From NCBI GenBank assembly GCA_041661545.1, contig JBAZUH010000001.1, positions 544,148-608,147 of the forward strand: DNA of 64,000 bases, given 5' to 3'. This DNA is from Candidatus Staskawiczbacteria bacterium (GTDB lineage Bacteria > Patescibacteriota > Minisyncoccia > Minisyncoccales > Staskawiczbacteraceae). Below are positions 51,256 to 59,764 of this stretch, one piece after another. The notes beneath the pieces are model-generated. The model did not search any database. It was not told where the DNA came from and saw only the letters and a list, made by a program, of their open reading frames with translations. Both the position numbers and the translations under genes were made by a program. Each line of letters opens with the position of its first letter. Position 1 is the stretch's first letter.

Positions 51256-52167
51256 ATGCCAGAGCTACCCGAAGTAGAAACAACAGTGAAAGGTTTAAAT
51301 GCAAAGGTCCTTAATAGGACCTTTGTTTCTGTTTGGTCTGATTGGAAAAAGTTAGTTAAAAAACCGAAAGATTTTTTGCAATTTGAAAAACAAATAAAAA
51401 ATAAAAAAATTATAAAAATATGGCGTAGAGCCAAAAATATAATATTTGATTTGTCTGGAGGCCTCTCGCTTTTAGTGCATCAAAAAATGACGGGTCATAT
51501 GTTGGTGGGCAAGTGGTCCCGCCACAGCGGGATCCCGCCCGAGGCGGGAAGCATATGGAAACCAATAAAAGAAGGTCCGCTTAATGATCCATATAATAGG
51601 TTTTTGCATTTGATATTTTTTCTTGATAATAAAGAAATGATAGCTCTTTCAGATGCTAGAAAATTTGCAAAAGTTGAGTTATGGGAAAAAAAAGAATTAG
51701 AAAGCGAACTTAAAAAAATAGGGCCTGAGCCCTTGGAAAAATCTTTTACTTTTGAAAAATTTAAAGAAAATTTGTTATGGCAAAACCCGCCTTCGCCAAG
51801 GCTACGGCAGGGCACAGTAAAGCAGATTTTAATGGTGCCAGAAGTGATAGCTGGCATTGGAAATATTTATGCATCAGAAATTTTATGGTGGGCAAAAGTT
51901 CATCCCCAAAAAAGTGTTGCAAAGCTAAATGAAAAAGAGTTAAGGTTAATTTATAAAGCTATAAAAAGCGTTTTACAAAAAGCAGTTAAATTGGGTGGAG
52001 AAAGTTTCTCTGATTATAGAAAGCCAGATGGAACCAAAGGAGATTTTGATACAGAAAGAAGAGTTTATAAAAGAGAGGGGCAAAAGTGTGGCAGGTGTAG
52101 CGTAAAAATTAAAAGAATTAAATTTGGCGGTAGAAGCACCTTTTTCTGCCCCAAATGCCAATCATGA
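51256..52167 (+). CDS. mutM: Formamidopyrimidine-DNA glycosylase
   Basis: 303 aa with MPELPEVET, GIGNIYASE and zinc finger CGRC..CPKC. Confidence 0.92.
   Translation: MPELPEVETTVKGLNAKVLNRTFVSVWSDWKKLVKKPKDFLQFEKQIKNKKIIKIWRRAKNIIFDLSGGLSLLVHQKMTGHMLVGKWSRHSGIPPEAGSIWKPIKEGPLNDPYNRFLHLIFFLDNKEMIALSDARKFAKVELWEKKELESELKKIGPEPLEKSFTFEKFKENLLWQNPPSPRLRQGTVKQILMVPEVIAGIGNIYASEILWWAKVHPQKSVAKLNEKELRLIYKAIKSVLQKAVKLGGESFSDYRKPDGTKGDFDTERRVYKREGQKCGRCSVKIKRIKFGGRSTFFCPKCQS
51517..51549. repeat. GGATCC-core double-hairpin element (copy 2), in frame in mutM
   Basis: TCCCGCCACAGCGGGATCCCGCCCGAGGCGGGA, encoding SRHSGIPPEAG. Confidence 0.85.
51785..51819. repeat. ACCCGCCT...GGCAGGGCACAGTA element, in frame in mutM
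   Basis: ACCCGCCTTCGCCAAGGCTACGGCAGGGCACAGTA, encoding NPPSPRLRQGTV. Confidence 0.7.
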
Positions 52168-53114
52168 TTTATTTTATATACGGCGAAGATTCATACAGGT
52201 CAAAAAAGAAATTAGAAGAAATAGTTTTAAGTTACAAAGAAAAACATAAATCTGGGTTAAACTTAATTTATGTAGATACTCTTACCAACAGCTTTGGCGA
52301 TTTTTATAACAGTTTGAAAATTAATTCCATGTTTGCTGAAAAAAAATTAATAGTTTTGAGAAATTTATTTTTAACTAAGAGCGAATCAGTTTCTGGTTGG
52401 CAAGAAGATTTTTTAGAGAATATAAAAAAAATAGAAGAATTAAAAGACATAGTTGTTGTGTATGAAAGTAGTTTGCCAGATAAAAGAACAAAACTTTTTA
52501 AAGCTTTACAAAAAAATACCAAGTGCCAGGAATTTAACTTATTAACAGATGTTAATTTAAAAAAATGGATAGCTAGTGAGTTTTTATTACAAAAAGTAAA
52601 AATAAATAATGATGCAGTTGATTTGCTTGCCAGCTATATTGGGAGTGATTTGTGGCGAATGGCAAATGAAATAAATAAATTATCAAACTACAAAAAAGGA
52701 ACAATAGTATTAAAAGAAAATGTGGAACTATTAGTAAAGCCTAATATAGATAATGATATTTTTAAAACAATAGATGCCCTAGCTTCTAAAAATAAAAAAT
52801 TAGCCCTTTCTCTTTTGCATAAGCACATGGATGGGGGAGACTTTCCTTTATATTTATTATCTATGATTGCATATCAGTTTAGAAATCTTTTGATAATAAA
52901 AGATTTATCCGCTCAAGGTGGACCAGCCTCGGGTTGGCAAAAAAAATCTGGTTTGCACCCCTTTGTTATTCAAAAAAGTAGTTATTTGTGTAGTCAATTT
53001 TCTATGGTTGAATTGAAAAAAATTTACCAAAAAATTTTTCAAATAGATTTAAATATAAAAACAGGAAAAATTGAAGCAGAAACAGCTATAGACTTATTAA
53101 TTTCTGAAATCTAA
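52155..53114 (+). CDS. holA: DNA polymerase III delta subunit
   Basis: 319 aa. N-terminus IYFIYGEDSYRSKKKLEEI, with length and organisation typical of HolA. Confidence 0.75.
   Translation: MPIMIYFIYGEDSYRSKKKLEEIVLSYKEKHKSGLNLIYVDTLTNSFGDFYNSLKINSMFAEKKLIVLRNLFLTKSESVSGWQEDFLENIKKIEELKDIVVVYESSLPDKRTKLFKALQKNTKCQEFNLLTDVNLKKWIASEFLLQKVKINNDAVDLLASYIGSDLWRMANEINKLSNYKKGTIVLKENVELLVKPNIDNDIFKTIDALASKNKKLALSLLHKHMDGGDFPLYLLSMIAYQFRNLLIIKDLSAQGGPASGWQKKSGLHPFVIQKSSYLCSQFSMVELKKIYQKIFQIDLNIKTGKIEAETAIDLLISEI
52908..52937. repeat. GC-rich double hairpin insert in holA, in frame
   Basis: TCCGC-TCAAG-GTGGA CCAGCC-TCG-GGTTGG, encoding SAQGGPASGW. Confidence 0.55.
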
Positions 53115-53141
53115 AAACCGCCCTGTTGGGCGGCTTTTTTT
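53113..53141. terminator. Bidirectional terminator (holA / rpsT)
   Basis: AAAAACCGCCC-TGTT-GGGCGGCTTTTTTT. Confidence 0.85.
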
Positions 53142-53403
53142 ATTGCTTTTTATCAATTAACTTTGTAAGTCTAGACTTTCTTCTAGAAGCATTATTTTTT
53201 TTGATAACGCCCACTTTAGCAGCTTTATCTAATGCTTTATAAATATCTGGTAAAAGCTTTTTAGCATCTGCAAGTTTCTTTTTAGAAACTAAACTCCGGG
53301 CCTCTTTTACTAGTGCTTTTATTTTGTCTTTATAGACAATATTGCGTTCTTTTCTTCTCGCAGTTTGTCTTATAGCTTTTTTAGCTGATTTTGTTATTGC
53401 CAT
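53140..53403 (-). CDS. rpsT: 30S ribosomal protein S20
   Basis: 87 aa with MAITKSAKKAIRQTARRKERN. Confidence 0.92.
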   Translation of the reverse strand: MAITKSAKKAIRQTARRKERNIVYKDKIKALVKEARSLVSKKKLADAKKLLPDIYKALDKAAKVGVIKKNNASRRKSRLTKLIDKKQ

Positions 53404-53460
53404 ATATTTTATTTAGTAGAGCAATAATAGCATATGATATTGATTTTTGCAAGGGACGCG

Positions 53461-55476
53461 TTATTTGTTATTCAATTTTTTTATTAAATCTCTTATCTCA
53501 GCTGCTCTTTCAAAATCTAAATTTTTTGCCGCTATTTTCATTTCTTTTTCTAAAAGTTTTTGGTCATGTATTGCAAAAAATTCTTCATTAATGCTTTCTT
53601 TATCTGAGTTTGCAGAAGAATCTTTAGAAAATTTCCAATCTCTTATGTTAGAAACAATTGTTGCAGGAGTTATATTATTTTTTTTATTATAATCTTCTTG
53701 TATTTTTCTTCTTCTGTTTATTTCTTTTATAGCATTTTTCATAGACAGAGTTTCTTTATCAGCATACAAAATAACTCGTCCATTTAAATGTCTAGCAGCC
53801 CTTCCCATAGTTTGTATTAATGTTGTTTCGTTTCTCAAAAATCCTTCTTTATCAGCATCCAAAATAGCCACTAAAGAAACTTCTGGTAAATCTATTCCTT
53901 CTCTTAGTAAATTAATTCCTACAAGTACATCATATTTGCCCTCTCTGAGATTTTTTAATATTTCGGGCCTCTCCATAGTTTTGATTTCAGAATGTAGGTA
54001 TTGAGTTTTTATCCCTTTTTCGGTTAAATAATCAGAGATTTCTTCAGCCAGTTTTTTTGTTAAGGTAACAACAATTGTTCGATGTTTTTTATCTACTTGT
54101 TTTTTTATTTCTTCTATTAGGTCTTTAATTTGGTTTTCGGTTTTTTTTATTTCTATAGATGGCTCTAAAAGTCCGGTAGGTCTTATTATTTGCTCAATAA
54201 TATGGCTATTAGCCTTTTGCTTTTCAAAAATAGCGGGGGTGGCCGATACATAAATTGTTTGTTTTTGTCTTTCTTCAAATTCTTTAAAATTTAAAGGTCT
54301 ATTATCAATGGCCGAGGGCAATCTAAACCCAAAATCAATTAGGGTTTGTTTTCTAATTCTGTCTTGTACTGACATGGCCCTAATTTGAGAAATAGAAATA
54401 TGTGACTCATCTATAAAAATTAATGACCCGCCAGGGGCCTGCTCTGAGCCTGCCTGCAGTGAGCTTGTCGAATCTGTCGAAGGGTTAAAATAGTTAAAGT
54501 AATCAACTAAAGAGAAAGGGGCTTGCCCGGGTTTTCTAAACTCCATATGGCTAGAATAATTTTCTATGCCCTGGCATCGGCCAGTTTCAGCCAACATTTC
54601 TAAATCGTAGTTTGTTCTTTGTTCTAATCTTTCTGCTTCTAAGTTTTTGCCTAATTTTTTAAGTTTTATTAGTTGGTTTTTTAATTCTGTTTTTATATTT
54701 TCAATTGCAATTTTAAATTTATCTTGAGGGGCTACCCAAAAAGTAGCGGGGAATAATGTAATTTTATCTCCCGATGATTGGTATTTTTTATCTAAACTTG
54801 GGGTGGACTCAGAAATTTTTTCTATTTTGTTTCCATTAAATTCAATGCGAAATATTTTTTCTCCTGTAACTATATATATTTCAACCATATCTCCTCTAAC
54901 GCGAAAAGTGCCCGGCTTAAAATCAATATCATTTCTTTGATATTGCAAGCCTGTAAGTAAAATCAAAAAATCTTTTCTTGTAATTTTTTCATTTACTTTA
55001 ATTTCTAAAGAAGTGCGTCCATAGTTTTCTGGAGAACCAATATTATAAATACAAGAGACCGAAGCAACTACTATAACATCTTTTCTTGCTATAACATCTT
55101 GAACAGCTGCATGGCGCAACCTATCTATTTCTTCATTAATTTTTGCGTCTTTTTCTATATATGTATCTGAATGCGGTATATATGCTTCTGGTTGATAATA
55201 GTCATAATAAGAAACAAAATAATGAACTGCATTGTTAGGAAAAAATTCTTTAAACTCTTGATATAGTTGAGCAGCCAAAGTTTTATTTGGAGAAATTATT
55301 AGGGTTGGTTTTTGTATTTTTTCAATAACATTTGCTAAAGTAAAAGTTTTTCCCGATCCCGTTACGCCCAAAAGCACCTGGTCTTTTATGCCAGATTCTA
55401 AATTATTGGTCAGTTGTTTTATAGCATTTGGCTGATCTCCTGTGGGTTTAAATTTTGATTTTAGTTTAAATTTCAT
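53461..55476 (-). CDS. uvrB: Excinuclease ABC subunit B
   Basis: 671 aa with GVTGSGKTF, FIDESH, helicase motifs and a C-terminal UVR domain (LDFERAAEIRD). Confidence 0.96.
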   Translation of the reverse strand: MKFKLKSKFKPTGDQPNAIKQLTNNLESGIKDQVLLGVTGSGKTFTLANVIEKIQKPTLIISPNKTLAAQLYQEFKEFFPNNAVHYFVSYYDYYQPEAYIPHSDTYIEKDAKINEEIDRLRHAAVQDVIARKDVIVVASVSCIYNIGSPENYGRTSLEIKVNEKITRKDFLILLTGLQYQRNDIDFKPGTFRVRGDMVEIYIVTGEKIFRIEFNGNKIEKISESTPSLDKKYQSSGDKITLFPATFWVAPQDKFKIAIENIKTELKNQLIKLKKLGKNLEAERLEQRTNYDLEMLAETGRCQGIENYSSHMEFRKPGQAPFSLVDYFNYFNPSTDSTSSLQAGSEQAPGGSLIFIDESHISISQIRAMSVQDRIRKQTLIDFGFRLPSAIDNRPLNFKEFEERQKQTIYVSATPAIFEKQKANSHIIEQIIRPTGLLEPSIEIKKTENQIKDLIEEIKKQVDKKHRTIVVTLTKKLAEEISDYLTEKGIKTQYLHSEIKTMERPEILKNLREGKYDVLVGINLLREGIDLPEVSLVAILDADKEGFLRNETTLIQTMGRAARHLNGRVILYADKETLSMKNAIKEINRRRKIQEDYNKKNNITPATIVSNIRDWKFSKDSSANSDKESINEEFFAIHDQKLLEKEMKIAAKNLDFERAAEIRDLIKKLNNK
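54426..54485. repeat. GC-rich insert of about 60 nt in uvrB, in frame
   Basis: ACCCGCCAGGGGCCTGCTCTGAGCCTGCCTGCAGTGAGCTTGTCGAATCTGTCGAAGGGT. It encodes NPSTDSTSSLQAGSEQAPGG immediately before the DESH box, where E. coli UvrB (from memory) has only ..DYLPADGLLVVDESH. Confidence 0.7.
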
Positions 55477-55498
55477 ATAGAATTACTTTAATACATAT

Positions 55499-56092
55499 AT
55501 GATAGCATTTTTAGAGGGAAAAATTATATTAAAAAAGGAGAAGTTTGTGATTGTTGAAGTGGCCGGCATTGGCTACAAGGTTTTTTTAAACCGCCAAGCC
55601 CTAATAACTTTACCCGCCTCCGCTCCAGAAGAGCTTCGGCAGGGCAAGCCAGAAATTAATTCTGTAAAACTCTTTATATACCATGAGACAAAAGAAGACA
55701 AGTCTGATTTGTATGGATTTCTTACTTATGAGGAATTTGAATTTTTTGAGATATTAATGGACATTAGAGGAGTGGGGCCAAGGTCAGCATTAGATATTTC
55801 AGCTTTAGGTTCTTTAGACAAAATAAAAGATAGAATTTTAAAACAAGACGAAAAAATATTTGAGGGCATTCCAGGAATTGGTTCAAAAAAGGCAATGACT
55901 ATAATTTTAGAGCTTACAGGTAAAATAAACATACTCGGTCAGAAAAAAAGTTCTGGCGACGAAGCAGAAAGCGCTTTGGTTCAGCTTGGGTTTTCAAAGC
56001 AACAAGCCAAAGATGCTTTGAGTCGTGTGCCCGCCTCTATAAAAGATTCAGAAGAGCGCATAAAATTAGCTTTAAAAAATTTAGGCAAATAA
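55499..56092 (+). CDS. ruvA: Holliday junction DNA helicase subunit RuvA
   Basis: 197 aa with VEVAGIGYKV and HhH motifs IRGVGPRSAL and IPGIGSKKA. Confidence 0.9.
   Translation: MIAFLEGKIILKKEKFVIVEVAGIGYKVFLNRQALITLPASAPEELRQGKPEINSVKLFIYHETKEDKSDLYGFLTYEEFEFFEILMDIRGVGPRSALDISALGSLDKIKDRILKQDEKIFEGIPGIGSKKAMTIILELTGKINILGQKKSSGDEAESALVQLGFSKQQAKDALSRVPASIKDSEERIKLALKNLGK
55612..55650. repeat. ACCCGCCT...GGCAGGGCA element, in frame in ruvA
   Basis: ACCCGCCTCCGCTCCAGAAGAGCTTCGGCAGGGCAAGCC, encoding PASAPEELRQGKP in the OB-domain loop. Confidence 0.7.
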
Positions 56093-56093
56093 G

Positions 56094-56522
56094 ATGAAGA
56101 AAGGGGAAGATTTTATTGGAGTTACGGTTGTATATTTCTGTCATGATGGAGATGGAAATTTTTTGTTTAATAAAAGAAGTAAAAATTGCAGAGATGAAGT
56201 TGGAAACTGGGATTGTGGGGGAGGTGGGCTAGAATTTGAAGATACGGTTGAAGATACTTTAAAAAAAGAAATTAAAGAAGAATATTGTGTAGACATTTTA
56301 AATTATGAGTTTTTAGGTTATAGAGATGTGCATAGGAATAGAAATGGAATTAAGAATCATTGGATTGCTTTAGACTTCAAAGTTTTAGTTGATAGAAATA
56401 AAGTAAAAAATGGGGAACCTCATAAATTTGAAGAAATTGGTTGGTTTAAAATAGACAATTTGCCCTCGCCATTGCATTCTCAAATTCCCAATGCTATAAA
56501 ACTTTATAAAGATAAATTATAA
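56094..56522 (+). CDS. NUDIX hydrolase
   Basis: 142 aa with Nudix box GGGLEFEDTVEDTLKKEIKEEYC. Confidence 0.8.
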   Translation: MKKGEDFIGVTVVYFCHDGDGNFLFNKRSKNCRDEVGNWDCGGGGLEFEDTVEDTLKKEIKEEYCVDILNYEFLGYRDVHRNRNGIKNHWIALDFKVLVDRNKVKNGEPHKFEEIGWFKIDNLPSPLHSQIPNAIKLYKDKL

Positions 56523-56525
56523 ACA

Positions 56526-57812
56526 ATGAGCGTTAAAGAAATAATTCACCCGATTAAATACCGCGAAGCGTTGATTTCGTTTTTAACGAAATCATTTAAC
56601 CGGGTAAAAAAATTTATACCGAAATTTTTGATAAGAATTTATCATTATAAATTAGCTTTGTTGGGAGCTGTGGTTTTTGGTTTTCCTGGCCTTAATAAAA
56701 ATATAAAAATAATAGGGGTAACAGGCACCAGTGGGAAATCAACTACAGTAGATTTTGTAACCAGAATTTTTGACGAGGCAAATGAAAAGGTGGCTTCGGT
56801 GTCTTCTATTAGATTTAAAGTTGCAAATAAAGAATGGGAGAATAAATATAAAATGACAATGCCTGGCCGTTTTGTAATTCAAAAACTATTGAGCCAGGCA
56901 AAAAAAGCAGGTTGTAAATATGTTGTTTTAGAGGTTACATCAGAGGGAATAAGACAATTTCGTCATAAATTTATAAATTTTGATTGTGTGGTTTTTACTA
57001 ACTTAACACCCGAACATATTGAAAGTCATGGAGGGTTTGAAAATTATAAAAAAGAAAAATTAAAATTATTTAAAGAAAATAAAAATATACATATTATAAA
57101 TATAGATGACAAAAATTCAAAAGAATTTTTGGATATTCCAGCTAAACAAAAAATTGAATTTTCTATCAAAGATGCAGAAAATATAAAGTTTGATTCCAAC
57201 TTAATTAGTGGGTTTAATATTTATAATGCTTTATCTGCTATTTCTGTTGCAAGAGTTTATGGGATTAGTTTAGATGTTTGTAAAAAAGCTTTAGAAAAAA
57301 TAAAAGTTATTCCAGGAAGAATGGAAGTGGTGTTAGAATTTCCTATTAAAGTTATTGTTGATTATGCGCATACCCCCGACCAACTTGAAGCAGTTTATAA
57401 AACATTTTCCGCCAAAGGCGGATCCGCCTTTGGCGGAAGCCTCGTTTGTGTTTTAGGTTCTTGTGGTGGGGGAAGAGACAAATGGAAAAGGCCTGTTTTA
57501 GGAGAAATAGCAAAAAAATATTGTAAAGAAATTATAATTACCAACGAAGACCCATATGACGAAGATCCACTTTCTATTATGAAAGAAATAGAAAGTGCCC
57601 TGTTGTATGACGGGGCTAATTCTAAGCACCATATGATTTTAGACAGGAAAGAAGCCATAGAAAAGGCAATAAAGCTTGCTAAACCTGGAGATGTGGTTAT
57701 AATTACAGGAAAGGGGTCTGAACCTTGGATGTGTCTAGAAAATGGACGCAAAATACCATGGAACGATAAGCAAATAGCACAAGATGCTGTTAAAAAATTT
57801 TTTACCCCGTAA
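56526..57812 (+). CDS. Mur ligase family protein (MurE-like)
   Basis: 428 aa with IGVTGTSGKSTT, DYAHTPDQLE, GGGRDKWKRP and GKGSE. Confidence 0.8.
   Translation: MSVKEIIHPIKYREALISFLTKSFNRVKKFIPKFLIRIYHYKLALLGAVVFGFPGLNKNIKIIGVTGTSGKSTTVDFVTRIFDEANEKVASVSSIRFKVANKEWENKYKMTMPGRFVIQKLLSQAKKAGCKYVVLEVTSEGIRQFRHKFINFDCVVFTNLTPEHIESHGGFENYKKEKLKLFKENKNIHIINIDDKNSKEFLDIPAKQKIEFSIKDAENIKFDSNLISGFNIYNALSAISVARVYGISLDVCKKALEKIKVIPGRMEVVLEFPIKVIVDYAHTPDQLEAVYKTFSAKGGSAFGGSLVCVLGSCGGGRDKWKRPVLGEIAKKYCKEIIITNEDPYDEDPLSIMKEIESALLYDGANSKHHMILDRKEAIEKAIKLAKPGDVVIITGKGSEPWMCLENGRKIPWNDKQIAQDAVKKFFTP
56548..56605. repeat. AT-rich three-way-junction element B2 (within the annotated 5' end of the Mur ligase gene)
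   Basis: ACCCGATTAAAT ... ATTTAACCGGGT closing stem (1 mismatch) enclosing CGC-GAA-GCG and GATTTCG-TTTTTAA-CGAAATC. Confidence 0.55.
57417..57448. repeat. Perfect 32-nt palindrome with GGATCC core (copy 4, variant), in frame in the Mur ligase gene
   Basis: TTCCGCCAAAGGCGGATCCGCCTTTGGCGGAA, encoding SAKGGSAFGG between DYAHTPD and the GGGRDK block. Confidence 0.85.
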
Positions 57813-57844
57813 AATATTTAAAGATTATTAAAATCAATAACAAT

Positions 57845-58324
57845 ATGCCAGAGCAAGAACCAACAATTGAAAATGCACTAGAAACTAATGCAGAAGGAGT
57901 GTCTACTCCAGAAGGAGCTGTGGGCACTGCCATGTCAGCTCTTGAAAAAGAAGCTGGCGGAGACGAATTTATTTTATCAGAATCTTTAAAGGATTTTGTT
58001 GAATGGGTAAAATCTGGCTCAGATGTTTTAAAATCCAAAATAGGGACCGGCAAAGATGCGGGCAAGGCTCTTGTTGAACAATTTAAAAGAGAACATCCAG
58101 AGGCAACTGAAAATCTAGTTTTAGGGGGCAAGGTAATTGGGAAGACAGCAAAAGTTGGTTGGAATGTTGGAAGAATAGGATTATATGTTGCGTTTAAAAT
58201 GTTGTGGCCTCTTTTAAAATTTGCTGGATTAGCACTCTCTAAAAAAGGAAAGGTTGGATGGAAAGACGGTTGGAAATTAGGTGGGCAAATGTTTGATTAC
58301 AAAGCTAAAAAAGATAACAAATAA
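57845..58324 (+). CDS. Hypothetical protein with a C-terminal amphipathic/hydrophobic segment
   Basis: 159 aa. The 5' part has elevated G+C. Confidence 0.45.
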   Translation: MPEQEPTIENALETNAEGVSTPEGAVGTAMSALEKEAGGDEFILSESLKDFVEWVKSGSDVLKSKIGTGKDAGKALVEQFKREHPEATENLVLGGKVIGKTAKVGWNVGRIGLYVAFKMLWPLLKFAGLALSKKGKVGWKDGWKLGGQMFDYKAKKDNK

Positions 58325-58599
58325 TGGCACAAGATGATTTTTTAAAAAATTTAACTGATCAGCAAGAGAAATTAGGTTTAAGAATTTTTGATTTGATTTT
58401 AGGTAGAATTTTTAAAAAAGTATATGCTAGGTTAGATGAAGCAGGAAAAGACTATATGGGTAAAGTTTTTTTAGTTGGTGATGATAAACAAAAAAATGAG
58501 TTTGTAGAAAAATTTATTTCTGATTTTCAGAAGTTGTTTGAAGAAGAGGCTAAAAACATAGAAGCAGATATTAAAGAAAAAATAGAACAAGTAGTTTAG
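58324..58599 (+). CDS. Hypothetical small helical protein
   Basis: 91 aa. The start overlaps the upstream stop (TAATG). Confidence 0.45.
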   Translation: MAQDDFLKNLTDQQEKLGLRIFDLILGRIFKKVYARLDEAGKDYMGKVFLVGDDKQKNEFVEKFISDFQKLFEEEAKNIEADIKEKIEQVV

Positions 58600-58631
58600 G
58601 TTGTCTTTTAGATAAGTTTATGATAAAGTTT

Positions 58632-58655
58632 AAGACACAAAAAGTGTCTTTTTTA
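58632..58655 (+). terminator. Rho-independent terminator
   Basis: AAGACAC-AAAAA-GTGTCTT followed by TTTT. Confidence 0.75.
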
Positions 58656-58690
58656 AATAAATATTATTAATTTAAAAAAAATATATAATT

Positions 58691-59647
58691 ATGAAAATAC
58701 AAGACATATTTCAATTAGCAATAAAAATGGGCATAGACGCTGATTTTAGAGGCAGAGAAGGTGTAGAGAAATTATTAAAACGTAAAAAAGAGTTTTTTGA
58801 TAATCTTTCACAAAAAGATAAAGAAGAGTTTGACCAAGAAGCTTTGACAAACCCCTATATGGACTCGGGAGTTTATAATATTTCAGAAGACAAAGAGGTC
58901 AAAAAAGTTTTAGTGGGCATTGATATTGAGCCAGCAGAAATATTGCTAGCCAAGCAGTTGGGCGATATTGATTTGGTTATTGCTCACCACCCAGAGGGTA
59001 AAGGGTTGGCACAATTGGCAGATGTTATGCATTTACAAGCAGATGTTTTAAGCCAATATGGAGTGCCAATTAATATTGCAGAATCTTTAATGAAAATTAG
59101 AATTTCTGAAGTAGCCAGAGGAGTTAATGCTATCAACCATCAAAGAACCATTGATACAGCTAGAATTTTAGGAATTAATTTTATGAATTCCCATACGCCA
59201 TGTGATAATTTGGTTGCACGATACTTAAAAAATCTTATAGAAGAAAAAAAACCGGAAACTGTGGGAGAAATTACTTCTTTGTTAAAAGAATTACCAGAAT
59301 ATAAAGAAGCAATGAAAATTGGAGTGGGGCCTAAAATATTTGTAGGAAGCCCAGAAAATAGGGTTGGTAAAATTGCTGTTTCCGAAATTACAGGAGGCAC
59401 AGAAGGCTCAATAAAAATGTATGAAAAAATGTCACAAGCTGGCATTGGCACAGTAATTGCAATGCACACCTCCGAAGAACACAGAAAAGAAGCTGAAGCA
59501 GCTCACCTTAACATTATAATTGCAGGCCACATGTCATCGGATTCTTTAGGAGTTAATTTGCTTATGGATGAATTAGAAAAACAAGGAATTGAAATTGTAC
59601 CATGTTCAGGATTTACTAGATGTTCAAGAGTTCACCCAGTTAAATAA
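58691..59647 (+). CDS. NIF3/YbgI-like (DUF34) dinuclear-metal family protein
   Basis: 318 aa with DLVIAHHPEG, NSHTPCDN and IIAGHMSSDSLG. Confidence 0.55.
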   Translation: MKIQDIFQLAIKMGIDADFRGREGVEKLLKRKKEFFDNLSQKDKEEFDQEALTNPYMDSGVYNISEDKEVKKVLVGIDIEPAEILLAKQLGDIDLVIAHHPEGKGLAQLADVMHLQADVLSQYGVPINIAESLMKIRISEVARGVNAINHQRTIDTARILGINFMNSHTPCDNLVARYLKNLIEEKKPETVGEITSLLKELPEYKEAMKIGVGPKIFVGSPENRVGKIAVSEITGGTEGSIKMYEKMSQAGIGTVIAMHTSEEHRKEAEAAHLNIIIAGHMSSDSLGVNLLMDELEKQGIEIVPCSGFTRCSRVHPVK

Positions 59648-59697
59648 ATTCTGGCTTAGCCAGAATTTAAAATCCGAAGGATTTTATTTAACCGGGG
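59635..59697. repeat. AT-rich three-way-junction element B3 (supplies the stop codon of the NIF3-like gene)
   Basis: CCCAGTTAAATAAA ... TTTATTTAACCGGG closing stem enclosing TTCTGGC-TTA-GCCAGAA and AAAATCC-GAA-GGATTTT. Confidence 0.6.
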
Positions 59698-59731
59698 TAA
59701 ATAAATAATTTTTTGAGGGGATATTTATACA

Positions 59732-59759
59732 TTGACATTGAGTTTTTTTAGAATAAAAT
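59732..59759 (+). promoter_or_regulatory. Promoter of a candidate small RNA
   Basis: TTGACA, 16 nt, TAAAAT. Confidence 0.5.
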
Positions 59760-59764
59760 AGATA

